A stretch of DNA of 43,583 nucleotides from a virus. Its lineage: Duplodnaviria > Caudoviricetes. This document shows, piece after piece, positions 1-8,540 of the stretch (position 1 is the stretch's first letter; each line of letters begins with the position of its first letter). The stretch spans positions 1 to 43,583 of the IMG/VR virus record IMGVR_UViG_3300048849_000133. One strand, 5' to 3'. The translations under genes were made by a program, and so were the position numbers. Under the pieces are notes generated by a model. The model was not told the origin of the DNA, did not search any database, and saw only the letters and a list, made by a program, of their open reading frames with translations.

Positions 1-1236
1 ATGCAGCCACCTTCAGAGCCTTCTATAAATAGGGAAAATCCGAAAAAATACTTCATTTACTGGAACCACGATGTGCCATACCCGCTCTGGAATAAGTATA
101 AACGCAAGCGCGTCCGGATAAAAGTCTACGATAACATCAACAGGTATAAAGGGCAGGAGCGTGAGGAATATGCCAGCATGCGGCAGCAGGTGTGGAAATA
201 TAACCTGCAGGTTTTAAATTACAACCCTTTTGAAGAAGAGTTACTGGAGCTGCAGAGAATTAAAACAGATATCCGTGAGATTGTGGAGCAGATCCAGGAA
301 CAGGAAGTTATCTCTGATGAAGACAGCAGGAAGCAAACCATGCTTTTTGATGCACTGGAATTATACATCGAGAGCAGGAAAGCCCGGACCAGCAATACCA
401 ACTCCATCTCCAGTCATGGCGCTACCGTTAAATGGATAAAAGAGTATTTCACTTCCATTGGACAGCAGGATATCCTGGCCAGCAAGGTTACGCGGCTTCA
501 GATTGCAAGCGCATTAAATTATACCAAGGATCTTCGCAGCTGGAGCAATACCACGTATAACAAAGAACTTAATTTCTGCAGTACTGCTTTCAACTGGCTT
601 GCCAGGGAAGATTATATCGTTAAGAATCCTTTCACCGGCAAGATTGAAAAACAGAAAACTAAAAAAGTAGCACATCAGTGGTATGACCGTGAGACCGCAG
701 CGGCCATCAAAAGCGCTTTAATTAAAGCAGATCAAATGCCGGTATACCGTGCATGCCAGTTTACCTATTACCTGTGCGTAAGGAGCCAGGCAGAACTCTT
801 AAAACTTAAGGTGAGTGATATTGACCGCACGCTTAAGAGAGTTCGTTACCGGGCAGATGTCTCCAAGAATGGAAATGAAGAATACCGGGACTATCCAGAT
901 GCCTTTGACCAGGTGCTGGATGCACTTGATTTTGACAATTTACCTCCAGATGATTACCTGTTTGGTAAGGGCGGGATCCCACACAAGGAAAAGGCAGGAA
1001 AGAATACCCTGGCCGCTCTGTTTAAGCCGGTACGGGACAAAATCAAGCTCTCACCGAACTACACCATCTATGGATGGAAGCACACCAGAGTAATCCACGA
1101 AATGATGAAGGGAACAGATCCCTACGAGATCCAATTTATGTGCCGGCATGGGGATCTCAAAGAAACCCAGAATTATATGCGAGGCTTTGACCTTAGCCTT
1201 AGAAAAGTTTATATTGAAGAAGATTTAACCTTTTAA
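1..1236 (+). CDS. int: Tyrosine recombinase / phage integrase
   Basis: Catalytic motifs CVRSQAELLKL (R), SKNG (K), YGWKHTR (HxxR-equivalent) and CRHGDLKETQNY (H, Y); SAM-like central domain. Confidence 0.92.
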   Translation: MQPPSEPSINRENPKKYFIYWNHDVPYPLWNKYKRKRVRIKVYDNINRYKGQEREEYASMRQQVWKYNLQVLNYNPFEEELLELQRIKTDIREIVEQIQEQEVISDEDSRKQTMLFDALELYIESRKARTSNTNSISSHGATVKWIKEYFTSIGQQDILASKVTRLQIASALNYTKDLRSWSNTTYNKELNFCSTAFNWLAREDYIVKNPFTGKIEKQKTKKVAHQWYDRETAAAIKSALIKADQMPVYRACQFTYYLCVRSQAELLKLKVSDIDRTLKRVRYRADVSKNGNEEYRDYPDAFDQVLDALDFDNLPPDDYLFGKGGIPHKEKAGKNTLAALFKPVRDKIKLSPNYTIYGWKHTRVIHEMMKGTDPYEIQFMCRHGDLKETQNYMRGFDLSLRKVYIEEDLTF

Positions 1237-1246
1237 ATTCAAGAAC

Positions 1247-1771
1247 ATGAGCGCCATTGATCACATGAATCTAATCGACCAGTCCGTCTACTATAGAGGT
1301 GTTGTCATTCATAAGATGTCACTTCTTGAGCAATTCATCAATATTTACTTAAGCACTCATTTTTGCGGAGCAAACACTACTGAATCCGAGGAAATGCAAT
1401 TGTTAATCCTGGGCGATGATCGTATGTCATTAAGCAGTAAAGTTCATGTCTTCAAACACATCAGTGAGAAGCATGAAAAGGAATGGCTTAACTCTTACGT
1501 AAAAGGGTCAAAAGGATTTTTTAAAGATTTGACTCATAGCATTGAGCAAAGAAATATTTTTGCGCACCGAACAATCGATGTTACGGCAGGGATACACCGT
1601 GTTCATCTACCCCCCAATACAGTTCGGTTCGTAAAGTTTAAAAACGAGATTGGATCTACTGACTATGATGAGCAAACGTTCAAGGCGTTTACTGTAATGT
1701 TAGATGAATTGATCAATTTCATCGAAGACAATTTAAGACCAAAAGTAGCATTTCAAGTGAGGGATTTATAA
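1247..1771 (+). CDS. HEPN-like (MtlR-type) protein, putative RNase
   Basis: 174 aa helical protein with EQRNIFAH (RxxxxH) and an upstream LSSKV segment; starts 10 nt after the integrase stop. Confidence 0.6.
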   Translation: MSAIDHMNLIDQSVYYRGVVIHKMSLLEQFINIYLSTHFCGANTTESEEMQLLILGDDRMSLSSKVHVFKHISEKHEKEWLNSYVKGSKGFFKDLTHSIEQRNIFAHRTIDVTAGIHRVHLPPNTVRFVKFKNEIGSTDYDEQTFKAFTVMLDELINFIEDNLRPKVAFQVRDL

Positions 1772-1821
1772 TTCTTATGCTGCAACCATAGTTTGTCAAA
1801 TTTAATCGAATATAGAAAAGT

Positions 1822-2628
1822 ATGATCCCCAACATTCCAGATAATATATATAAAGTTTTGTTTGCAATAGGTGTATTCATGATCGGATACTCATACCTGG
1901 AAATCACCCGCAACCAGGACACCGACAAGTTCAATTCAAGATTATTTGATTCTCTTAAAGATAGCCTTCAAACAATAGAAGATTCCAGGAATGGACAGGC
2001 GGACTTCATCAAGAGTCACTCAGAGGAATTGAGCGAAAGATACCAAGTCAAGAATCCTGTAATTAGCATAGGTGCAAAGTTGCGCTTTACTCCTGACTAT
2101 AGCACGCGAAGAGACGCTATTGTCAGTAAAGCGGTACAGGCTGACTTTGATAAACTATCAATATTAGATATTAAACTCAATCTTGCTGATAAACGAATCA
2201 ATAAGCGACTTGTCTTAATCAATGAAGACTTCAAGGATAGTAGCAACAAAAGAGGATTATGGTATGTCGGGGCAGAAATAGGTTTCTTTGCTTTACTTTT
2301 TGGGGCGACAGGCATGTTCAGGCTTCATAATCTTCAAACAAAGTTACTAGAGAACCAACTTGGAGTAGGTGAAAAATTTATATTCTGTCAGTCATGTGCA
2401 AAAAGATTTAATGCCGCAGTACAACATTCGAAATATGCGGACGGCGAGATAAACAATTACTATTGCACCTGGTGTTTTGCAGATGGAGACTTTACTAACC
2501 CGGATATACAAATGCATGATATTGTTTTAGAGTATTGTAGTTCCACACAAAAAGACAGTCGCCGGCAAATTAAAGCAGCAACAAGGATGATTGCAGGGCT
2601 TCAAAGATGGCGATCGGGTAAATATTGA
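1822..2628 (+). CDS. Two-TM membrane protein with C-terminal zinc-ribbon domain (Zn_ribbon_2-like)
   Basis: Hydrophobic segments IYKVLFAIGVFMIGYSYL and GLWYVGAEIGFFALLFGATGMF; C-terminal FCQSC...DG...YCTWCFADGDFT...LQRW pattern. Confidence 0.7.
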   Translation: MIPNIPDNIYKVLFAIGVFMIGYSYLEITRNQDTDKFNSRLFDSLKDSLQTIEDSRNGQADFIKSHSEELSERYQVKNPVISIGAKLRFTPDYSTRRDAIVSKAVQADFDKLSILDIKLNLADKRINKRLVLINEDFKDSSNKRGLWYVGAEIGFFALLFGATGMFRLHNLQTKLLENQLGVGEKFIFCQSCAKRFNAAVQHSKYADGEINNYYCTWCFADGDFTNPDIQMHDIVLEYCSSTQKDSRRQIKAATRMIAGLQRWRSGKY

Positions 2629-2631
2629 CAC

Positions 2632-2662
2632 AAAAAGCCCTTCATCTCTGAAGGGCTTTTTT
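2632..2662. terminator. Bidirectional rho-independent terminator
   Basis: AAAAAGCCCTTCA-tctc-TGAAGGGCTTTTT perfect inverted repeat with A/T tails, between convergent genes. Confidence 0.9.
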
Positions 2663-2684
2663 GAGGAGTATTTTTATTGATTTG

Positions 2685-3038
2685 CTACACCGTACTAACT
2701 GGTTTCTTCGCCAGTGATCGCTTGCCGTATTGATACACACCAAAGACTGCAGCGAGCGCCGCCGTGAACCATCCGTACCAAGCTTCAAGTCCTCCGGACT
2801 TAGGAGTTGATCTGATCACGTTCACCGCATCAATGACCGTAGCCTTCAGGGCGGGATCGGTTAATGCTTTGCCGACTGACAAAAGGCTGTCCGTGAGATT
2901 TTTTTCATTGCCAGAGAAAACCTGACCTGATACAACGATTGTACTATCCGTTTGTTCCTGTGCCTTCACCTGGATCGGGTGAAGTGCTGACATAGCCATG
3001 AAGCTAATCAACATTAAAGCTGTTCTTAATTTATTCAT
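2685..3038 (-). CDS. Exported/membrane protein of the lysis module (signal peptide plus C-terminal TM)
   Basis: N-terminal MNKLRTALMLISFMAMSALHPIQVKA|Q; C-terminal WYGWFTAALAAVFGVYQY followed by a basic tail; last gene of the late unit. Confidence 0.65.
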   Translation of the reverse strand: MNKLRTALMLISFMAMSALHPIQVKAQEQTDSTIVVSGQVFSGNEKNLTDSLLSVGKALTDPALKATVIDAVNVIRSTPKSGGLEAWYGWFTAALAAVFGVYQYGKRSLAKKPVSTV

Positions 3039-3041
3039 TGT

Positions 3042-3827
3042 TTAAAATCTTAATATATCGTAACTCGCATTTACACTAGGCTGCCATTTAGAGTTATTCG
3101 GGTACCTGCTGTATCTTCCTTGAATGCTGAATCTCCCGAGGTCAACCCGAACTGCTGGCCCGACCCCTAAAAGGCCAGTCTCGAAGTTATATGAGGTGTT
3201 TGCCTGAAGCTTTAAATCAAAGGCCGAAGGCTTCTCCTTTATAGTAAGTGTCTTTACTCCTTTGATGGTTACCCTAGGGTCATTGGAGTAGATATCGATA
3301 TAGCTGTTGTTTTGACCGAATAGCCATGTTTTCTTACGGTATTGCGTAGTAGAGAGGTCCGCATTGTATGCAAGGCTGAATGTAGCCCCAATGAGACTAT
3401 CCTTCGGTACGTTTACAGAAAGCGTGGCGTAATTGTCAGTATGACTATAGGTTGTCGCTAGAGCACTTATTTTCCGTTCAAGCTTCTGGTTCTTAATTTC
3501 CAGTGACGAGGCCACAACTGTAATTTGCTTTATTTTATCTCGGGCAATTCCAAGAGCGGCCACGGTGTCAAGCAGATCTGCTGATACTTTGTCAAGTGCT
3601 GACTGATCCATTTCCTTGACTATCTTGAAAACGGTGTGCTGTAGCCCATTCTTGCTTACCTCCGTAGATATCTGCTTCGCCTCTGTCTCAATTTCCTTTT
3701 TCTTAAGTTCGGCAATAGGGCTGCTTACGGACTTTTCCGGAGTTTTTGTACTGAGTCTAATGGTGTACCAACAAACTGCAGCCAATATGATGGCCAGGCC
3801 TAAAATTAGTTTACTTGATGTTTTCAT
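3042..3827 (-). CDS. Membrane-anchored coiled-coil/beta protein, candidate spanin-like lysis protein
   Basis: N-terminal TM, coiled-coil middle, amphipathic beta-strand C-terminus ending SYDILRF; lies downstream of the endolysin. Confidence 0.55.
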   Translation of the reverse strand: MKTSSKLILGLAIILAAVCWYTIRLSTKTPEKSVSSPIAELKKKEIETEAKQISTEVSKNGLQHTVFKIVKEMDQSALDKVSADLLDTVAALGIARDKIKQITVVASSLEIKNQKLERKISALATTYSHTDNYATLSVNVPKDSLIGATFSLAYNADLSTTQYRKKTWLFGQNNSYIDIYSNDPRVTIKGVKTLTIKEKPSAFDLKLQANTSYNFETGLLGVGPAVRVDLGRFSIQGRYSRYPNNSKWQPSVNASYDILRF

Positions 3828-4098
3828 GAGCTGTGTCTTTGGCTAAACTATCTTTCTGTGTTTTTAACTGTTCGATTACTCCCGACTTTACAGCGATGGC
3901 CCACGTGAGGTTGTCATTCTTGTCCTCTAAGGTGGATACCCGCTTGTTCAGGGTTGTATTAATTGCCCTTAGATCGGCGCATTCATCCTTTTTTGTGAAT
4001 TCCTTGTATATAAAGTAGGCCAACAACACGTATGTCACTGCCTGCAAAGGATATTTAACGAAGCTTGGAAAGCTCACAGGCACTTTTGGTATTGTCAT
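3811..4098 (-). CDS. Small single-TM coiled-coil protein (holin or i-spanin-like)
   Basis: TM YPLQAVTYVLLAYFIY followed by a heptad region; immediately after the endolysin. Confidence 0.55.
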   Translation of the reverse strand: MTIPKVPVSFPSFVKYPLQAVTYVLLAYFIYKEFTKKDECADLRAINTTLNKRVSTLEDKNDNLTWAIAVKSGVIEQLKTQKDSLAKDTAHENIK

Positions 4099-4132
4099 GT
4101 TTTGTCCTATTATTAATAATTAAATTCCACCA

Positions 4133-4714
4133 TCATGCTGCGTCATATTGATTAAGCCGGCTTAACCAGGATCGTAAGAATTGCGCTTGATCCCCTGTAG
4201 CCCATGACCTATAGGCGGCTTCGCGAGCATCATTGTATTTTTTCAAAATGATTTTAGGGTTTGATTTATTAACCAAGGCAATTACTTGCGGATCCATGAT
4301 GCCGTCTTTCTTCAATCCAAAAATCTGTTCAAGAAATTGAACTGCTCGACCTTTGCCAGAATTCACACCGAAGTCATAAACAGAATTGGCTATCTGCTGA
4401 TCTTCGATCTGATCAAGTTTGTTAGCGAGCCAAAACTCTACCCTGTAAAATTCAGACACAAGCTCTTTCATCCCTTGGGACGGGACTTTTGCGGAAGCAT
4501 TTATCCATTGGGTAAGCGTAAATCTCTTTTTTAGTGCGGGGCTTAACTTTGGATATTCAGCCTTATATTTATCAATCTTTTTCCACCCTTTCCAGGTAGA
4601 CCAAAAGTTACGAGCAATGCCGGCGTAGGTTTCACCACCCCGATCTGATTTGTTATTGGCGTAACCGCCCTCGTTTATACCAGTTAATCTTTCTGCTACA
4701 TCGAAATTTGCCAT
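4133..4714 (-). CDS. Endolysin, glycoside hydrolase family 108 with peptidoglycan-binding C-terminus
   Basis: EGGYANNKSDRGGETYAGI catalytic motif, YDFGVNSG, and C-terminal FLRSWLSRL. Confidence 0.9.
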   Translation of the reverse strand: MANFDVAERLTGINEGGYANNKSDRGGETYAGIARNFWSTWKGWKKIDKYKAEYPKLSPALKKRFTLTQWINASAKVPSQGMKELVSEFYRVEFWLANKLDQIEDQQIANSVYDFGVNSGKGRAVQFLEQIFGLKKDGIMDPQVIALVNKSNPKIILKKYNDAREAAYRSWATGDQAQFLRSWLSRLNQYDAA

Positions 4715-4720
4715 GCTTTT

Positions 4721-7168
4721 TTATTTAACTGTGTACATAAATGAATACGAGATACTTCCGTTTCCGGCTGAAGACGCGTAAAACAATATGCTGGCCTTAT
4801 CGCCGGCCACGTTTCCTGTCACTCTTGTGTTTGTAGCGACTCCGCTCCCCGAGGACGCCACCCCAGATAAATCGTCCGTAATAGTGAAGTTAGACGCTAC
4901 AGGAATCGATAAATAGACTTCTGTGAATGCCACTCCGGGCCACGTAATGCCTAGCTGTCCGTAAACAGTTACCTGATCCCCTACTCGGGTGTAATGCGCA
5001 ATTGTAGGTACTGAGCTGGTGTAATTCGAGACTCCGGTAACGGTCGGCGTATAGGTGCCGGAACTACCGGCGGCCGCATTAAGCTGGCCGAGTGTCGCAA
5101 GTTGGTTTGTGTTTGTTGCCGGTGAGGCGGTAACGGCTCCGCTAAATGCCGCATCACCGGACGTAGATATAGAAAATTTTTTACTGCCGTTTAAGCGCAC
5201 TACAAAATCCGAAATACTTGTGTTTGCACTTCTTGTAGCCCCAACCTGCCAAGCGTCTGAATACCAAGTATATTCATGCCCTGTTACTAGATCCCCTGTT
5301 AAGGACGAGTTGGTAGGTAGATACGTCCTTACTTCCCGGGTATCGGTATTGATCGGGCCTGTAGATTTGAAACTAGGGGCTGTTAGGCCTCCGGTTAAAG
5401 TTCCGCCTGTTAAAGGCAGGTAGTTGTCAGGGTTGAAGTTTCCGCTATGATAAAGAAGATTCCAAGTTCCCGAACCCCCGTCCCCGTTCACTCTTGCATA
5501 GATAGGGCCATTTTTGTTTTGAGAAGTGCTAAATTGCGTGGTGTATTGGTTCACTCCATAAGATAGGAACGTCCCGAAAGTATTCCCAGTAGGGACATTT
5601 GTAGCGTTAAATAATTTACCGGCTCCCGTCTGGTTATCCATGTTTGCGTCTATAGTTACGTTACCGAGAACAGGGAGGTAAGCTCCACTAGATGTGTACG
5701 CCGCAGTACCTAAACCTAAAAAAGACTGAACGGCCCCCACTGGGTATTGCCGCATTATATCGTTATTAGCATCTCGCCCAAACATTTGATACATACCCGT
5801 TGTAGGCGAGGCCACATCGTCTAAAGTCCAGTTTTTCCAAGTAGTTGCATTTGACGCAGTACCTGTAAGCGATCCTGAAAAAGTTGGCGCGGTAACCGTT
5901 CCTGAAAAAGTTGGGGAGGCTATATTTGCCTTCAAATTAAGGGCGGTTTGTCCGGCTGTGCTTACCGGCTTTGCCGCATCGCTTGTATTATCCACATTAG
6001 CTAAGCCAAGTGTTGATTTAGTCAGGTTTCCAGAATGGTAAATATCAAACGTTTTGTACTTAAATTGTGTAACGTTGGCTTTTACTATATCCGTTGCGCT
6101 CGTTCCATCCCACTTTCTAAACAGAAAACCTTCTGTTCCTCCGGATCCTGTTGATACGTTATCCCCGGCCTCAAATATTAAGTTTGAATCTCCCACATCA
6201 TCCCCCGAGCTTTCATAATATATTTTTCCGTAGTCCGAGTTTTTAGTGAATAGCGCGCCTTTACCGGCAGCGGGATTGAAGTTACCGCCAAACGTACCGT
6301 AAACCACATCGCCTGTCATTACCCCGCCTGCAAGATCCAGTTTTAAGCCTAATGCAGTTGATGTAGCGACACTCACCGGCTTTGCCGCGTCAGATGTATT
6401 ATCGACGTTTGAAAGTCCAATGTCAGCCTTAGTAAGATTTACGTTGCCGCTCTGACCATTGACCGATTGTACCGCATCTGTAGGGGTTAATAGTTCCTGC
6501 CAGTTACTTAAGACAGAGGCGGGCGATTGAGTGAGGATAAACGATTTGCTTATATCTGTCCTGACAGCAACATCCCCCTGGTCCGCTCCGCTTATAGCGA
6601 GCATCGAAGCCTGTGAGGCTACCGGGAATGTCTCTGAAATAGCCAACGCCGGAATTTGGCTGTTTGGAACCTTTCCGTCTGCTCCAAGGGTAGCAACTCC
6701 ATTTGTTACGCCCTTTTGGGATGTGTTTATTTTCGAATCTAAGGCTGTTTGTAAGCCGGAAACCGTGCTGATTGCCTGCGTACCGGTGTGATTTGTTCGG
6801 CTTAATAGGTACGCGTCTGTTTGGTTGGCTGTTGCTCCTATCGCAATTCCAGCAAGCTTCGTTTTCTCCGGCGTGGTATAGTCATTTGTTGACAGGCCTT
6901 TTCCGGCTACTGCGTCCACCTTCAAAGCAAGCTTACCATCTGTTACTGTTTTACTGTAGTAATTCGCATTTAGTAAGCTGTCGATGATGCTTTGCTGAGT
7001 AACGACCCGGAACGTCTTGCCGCTGGCACCGACGATTACAGTCCCTGCGGCATTTTTGTAGTACTGTGTGCCGTATGGCGTAAAGCCCGCCGGTATGGAT
7101 GTATAGGTCTGGGCAAGCCCGGAAAGCCCGATCAGCGTAAATAAAATAAGTAAAAGTTGTCTTTTCAT
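4721..7168 (-). CDS. Tail/head fibre-like protein with N-terminal Sec signal peptide
   Basis: Fibre motifs GKGLSTNDYT, GVATLGADGKVP, VQSVNGQSGNV, two copies of GLxNVDNTSDAAKPVS, and C-terminal GTYTPT...YTRVGDQVTV tip domain; N-terminus MKRQLLLILFTLIGLSGLA|Q. Confidence 0.8.
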   Translation of the reverse strand: MKRQLLLILFTLIGLSGLAQTYTSIPAGFTPYGTQYYKNAAGTVIVGASGKTFRVVTQQSIIDSLLNANYYSKTVTDGKLALKVDAVAGKGLSTNDYTTPEKTKLAGIAIGATANQTDAYLLSRTNHTGTQAISTVSGLQTALDSKINTSQKGVTNGVATLGADGKVPNSQIPALAISETFPVASQASMLAISGADQGDVAVRTDISKSFILTQSPASVLSNWQELLTPTDAVQSVNGQSGNVNLTKADIGLSNVDNTSDAAKPVSVATSTALGLKLDLAGGVMTGDVVYGTFGGNFNPAAGKGALFTKNSDYGKIYYESSGDDVGDSNLIFEAGDNVSTGSGGTEGFLFRKWDGTSATDIVKANVTQFKYKTFDIYHSGNLTKSTLGLANVDNTSDAAKPVSTAGQTALNLKANIASPTFSGTVTAPTFSGSLTGTASNATTWKNWTLDDVASPTTGMYQMFGRDANNDIMRQYPVGAVQSFLGLGTAAYTSSGAYLPVLGNVTIDANMDNQTGAGKLFNATNVPTGNTFGTFLSYGVNQYTTQFSTSQNKNGPIYARVNGDGGSGTWNLLYHSGNFNPDNYLPLTGGTLTGGLTAPSFKSTGPINTDTREVRTYLPTNSSLTGDLVTGHEYTWYSDAWQVGATRSANTSISDFVVRLNGSKKFSISTSGDAAFSGAVTASPATNTNQLATLGQLNAAAGSSGTYTPTVTGVSNYTSSVPTIAHYTRVGDQVTVYGQLGITWPGVAFTEVYLSIPVASNFTITDDLSGVASSGSGVATNTRVTGNVAGDKASILFYASSAGNGSISYSFMYTVK

Positions 7169-7169
7169 G

Positions 7170-7562
7170 TTATATAATTGTTATCGTTCCAGGGAACACT
7201 TCTGTAATACTTACCATTTGAATGATTCCGTTTGACATTGTGTAGGAATACCCCGGCTTGTAGCCTCTGAATATGTCCCCATCCACGTAAGTCCCTTCGA
7301 TGTTACCGATCGAGTTGCCATGCTTTTCAGCAAAAGTTTTTGCGTCACCAGGAACAAGATCTGTCTGCCAATTTATACTCAGGTCCGTGGAAACAGGAAG
7401 TATCGTTTCTCTGGTCGCCATCTCCTTAAGGAGTATAATTATGGCTTTACTAATTATTGTATTCAGCTCTGAACCTTTGATCGGCGGTAACCTTGGCGTT
7501 TTTAAATACTCATCAACAGCGAGAAGCAATTCGTCAACCGTCGAAATGTCCTGTAGATCCAT
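7170..7562 (-). CDS. Hypothetical protein (possible fibre adaptor/chaperone)
   Basis: 130-aa ORF separated by 1 nt from each of the two flanking fibre genes. Confidence 0.6.
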   Translation of the reverse strand: MDLQDISTVDELLLAVDEYLKTPRLPPIKGSELNTIISKAIIILLKEMATRETILPVSTDLSINWQTDLVPGDAKTFAEKHGNSIGNIEGTYVDGDIFRGYKPGYSYTMSNGIIQMVSITEVFPGTITII

Positions 7563-7563
7563 A

Positions 7564-8535
7564 CTAAGCTTTGATTAGTGGAAGAAGTCCAATATTTTTT
7601 GGGCGGGTCTCGGGTCCACCCGTAAGGGATGTATTGATTGTCCGGCCGTTGCCACCTGGCACCATGACATTTCGGTCGTTCGCATTATCACTTTGTCCGG
7701 ATTTGTCATCCGGAGCAATATTGTGGCTGTGAGATTTTAGTTCATCCGGTTCATAGCCCCCCGCATTCTCAGAATTTCTACCATAAGTAATACCTGCACC
7801 AAGGTCCAAGCCCCGGATAAACATCGATCTTAAATCAGGAACCCTAAATGTTGTCAACCCATTTCCGGAAGAAAAGAAACCGCGGTTGCCCGGTTGATTA
7901 GTCCAGGTCACATCATTGATCAGCGCGCCACCTACCGTTTGTATGTACTCCCAAAGCCTCGGGTACTCCAAGCGGCCATGAAGTTTTCCATCTGCAATAA
8001 CAGTATTTGGCAATTGTGAATAGGCGAATAATTGCGTTCCTACGTCATAGAAATTACCGCAATATTCTGATAAAAACCACCCGCCATTATAAGATGTTAA
8101 TTCGATGCTGTCAACGTTGCCTAGGAATAATTTTGCCCTGAGACTACCGTCATTCCCAGCGATGATCGTGTTTCCGTTGCCTGAGTCAATAACGACCTGA
8201 GCATTTACATTGCGCGCCACTATCCGGACCTTAAGCCCACTGTCTTTATTATCGATATTTGGCAAGATCAACCTGTACTCTTGAAAATTTGCATCAACAG
8301 CAACCAGTTTACCGAAGACATCTTCCCATGTAAGCAGTTTATTATTGCCTTCGGATCTCAATGCGTTTGTAATCCCCGTAAAACCACGTAGCGCTTGCTT
8401 AAGCCACTGTGTCCGGTTCGCAAGTTGCTTTAATGGAAGATTATCAATGCCGTCAGGTCCGCCAAGAACGACATCTGTGGTTTCGAATTGGTAAACATTC
8501 TCTTCCCATATTTCCTCACCAGGTAAGTTTGCCAT
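7564..8535 (-). CDS. Tail fibre protein with tail-collar domain
   Basis: N-terminal VLGGPDGIDNLPLKQLANRTQWLK baseplate-attachment motif; C-terminal GNGLTTFRVPDLRSMFIRG, SHSH and GGPETRPKNI collar motifs. Confidence 0.85.
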   Translation of the reverse strand: MANLPGEEIWEENVYQFETTDVVLGGPDGIDNLPLKQLANRTQWLKQALRGFTGITNALRSEGNNKLLTWEDVFGKLVAVDANFQEYRLILPNIDNKDSGLKVRIVARNVNAQVVIDSGNGNTIIAGNDGSLRAKLFLGNVDSIELTSYNGGWFLSEYCGNFYDVGTQLFAYSQLPNTVIADGKLHGRLEYPRLWEYIQTVGGALINDVTWTNQPGNRGFFSSGNGLTTFRVPDLRSMFIRGLDLGAGITYGRNSENAGGYEPDELKSHSHNIAPDDKSGQSDNANDRNVMVPGGNGRTINTSLTGGPETRPKNIGLLPLIKA

Positions 8536-8540
8536 CGTAA

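Noticed and set aside
1786-1796. Bacteroidota -7 promoter for the 2TM gene (CATAGTTTG)
   Set aside because: Spacing is TA-n-TTTG, not TA-nn-TTTG; too weak to call.
4721-4960. Type IX secretion C-terminal domain on the exported fibre (ends YTVK)
   Set aside because: The C-terminus looks like a phage fibre tip domain and lacks the YPNP and KxxxK features of a T9SS CTD; an HMM scan would settle it.
5874-6410. Direct repeats within the fibre gene (CCTGAAAAAGTTGG twice; two NVDNTSDAAKPVS-coding segments)
   Set aside because: They are in frame, and the longer pair differs at synonymous positions, so they reflect ordinary fibre peptide repeats, not a DNA element.
4721-8535. Diversity-generating retroelement or invertible (shufflon-type) fibre switching
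   Set aside because: No reverse transcriptase or invertase in the window, and I saw no second copy of a fibre 3' end or flanking inverted repeats.
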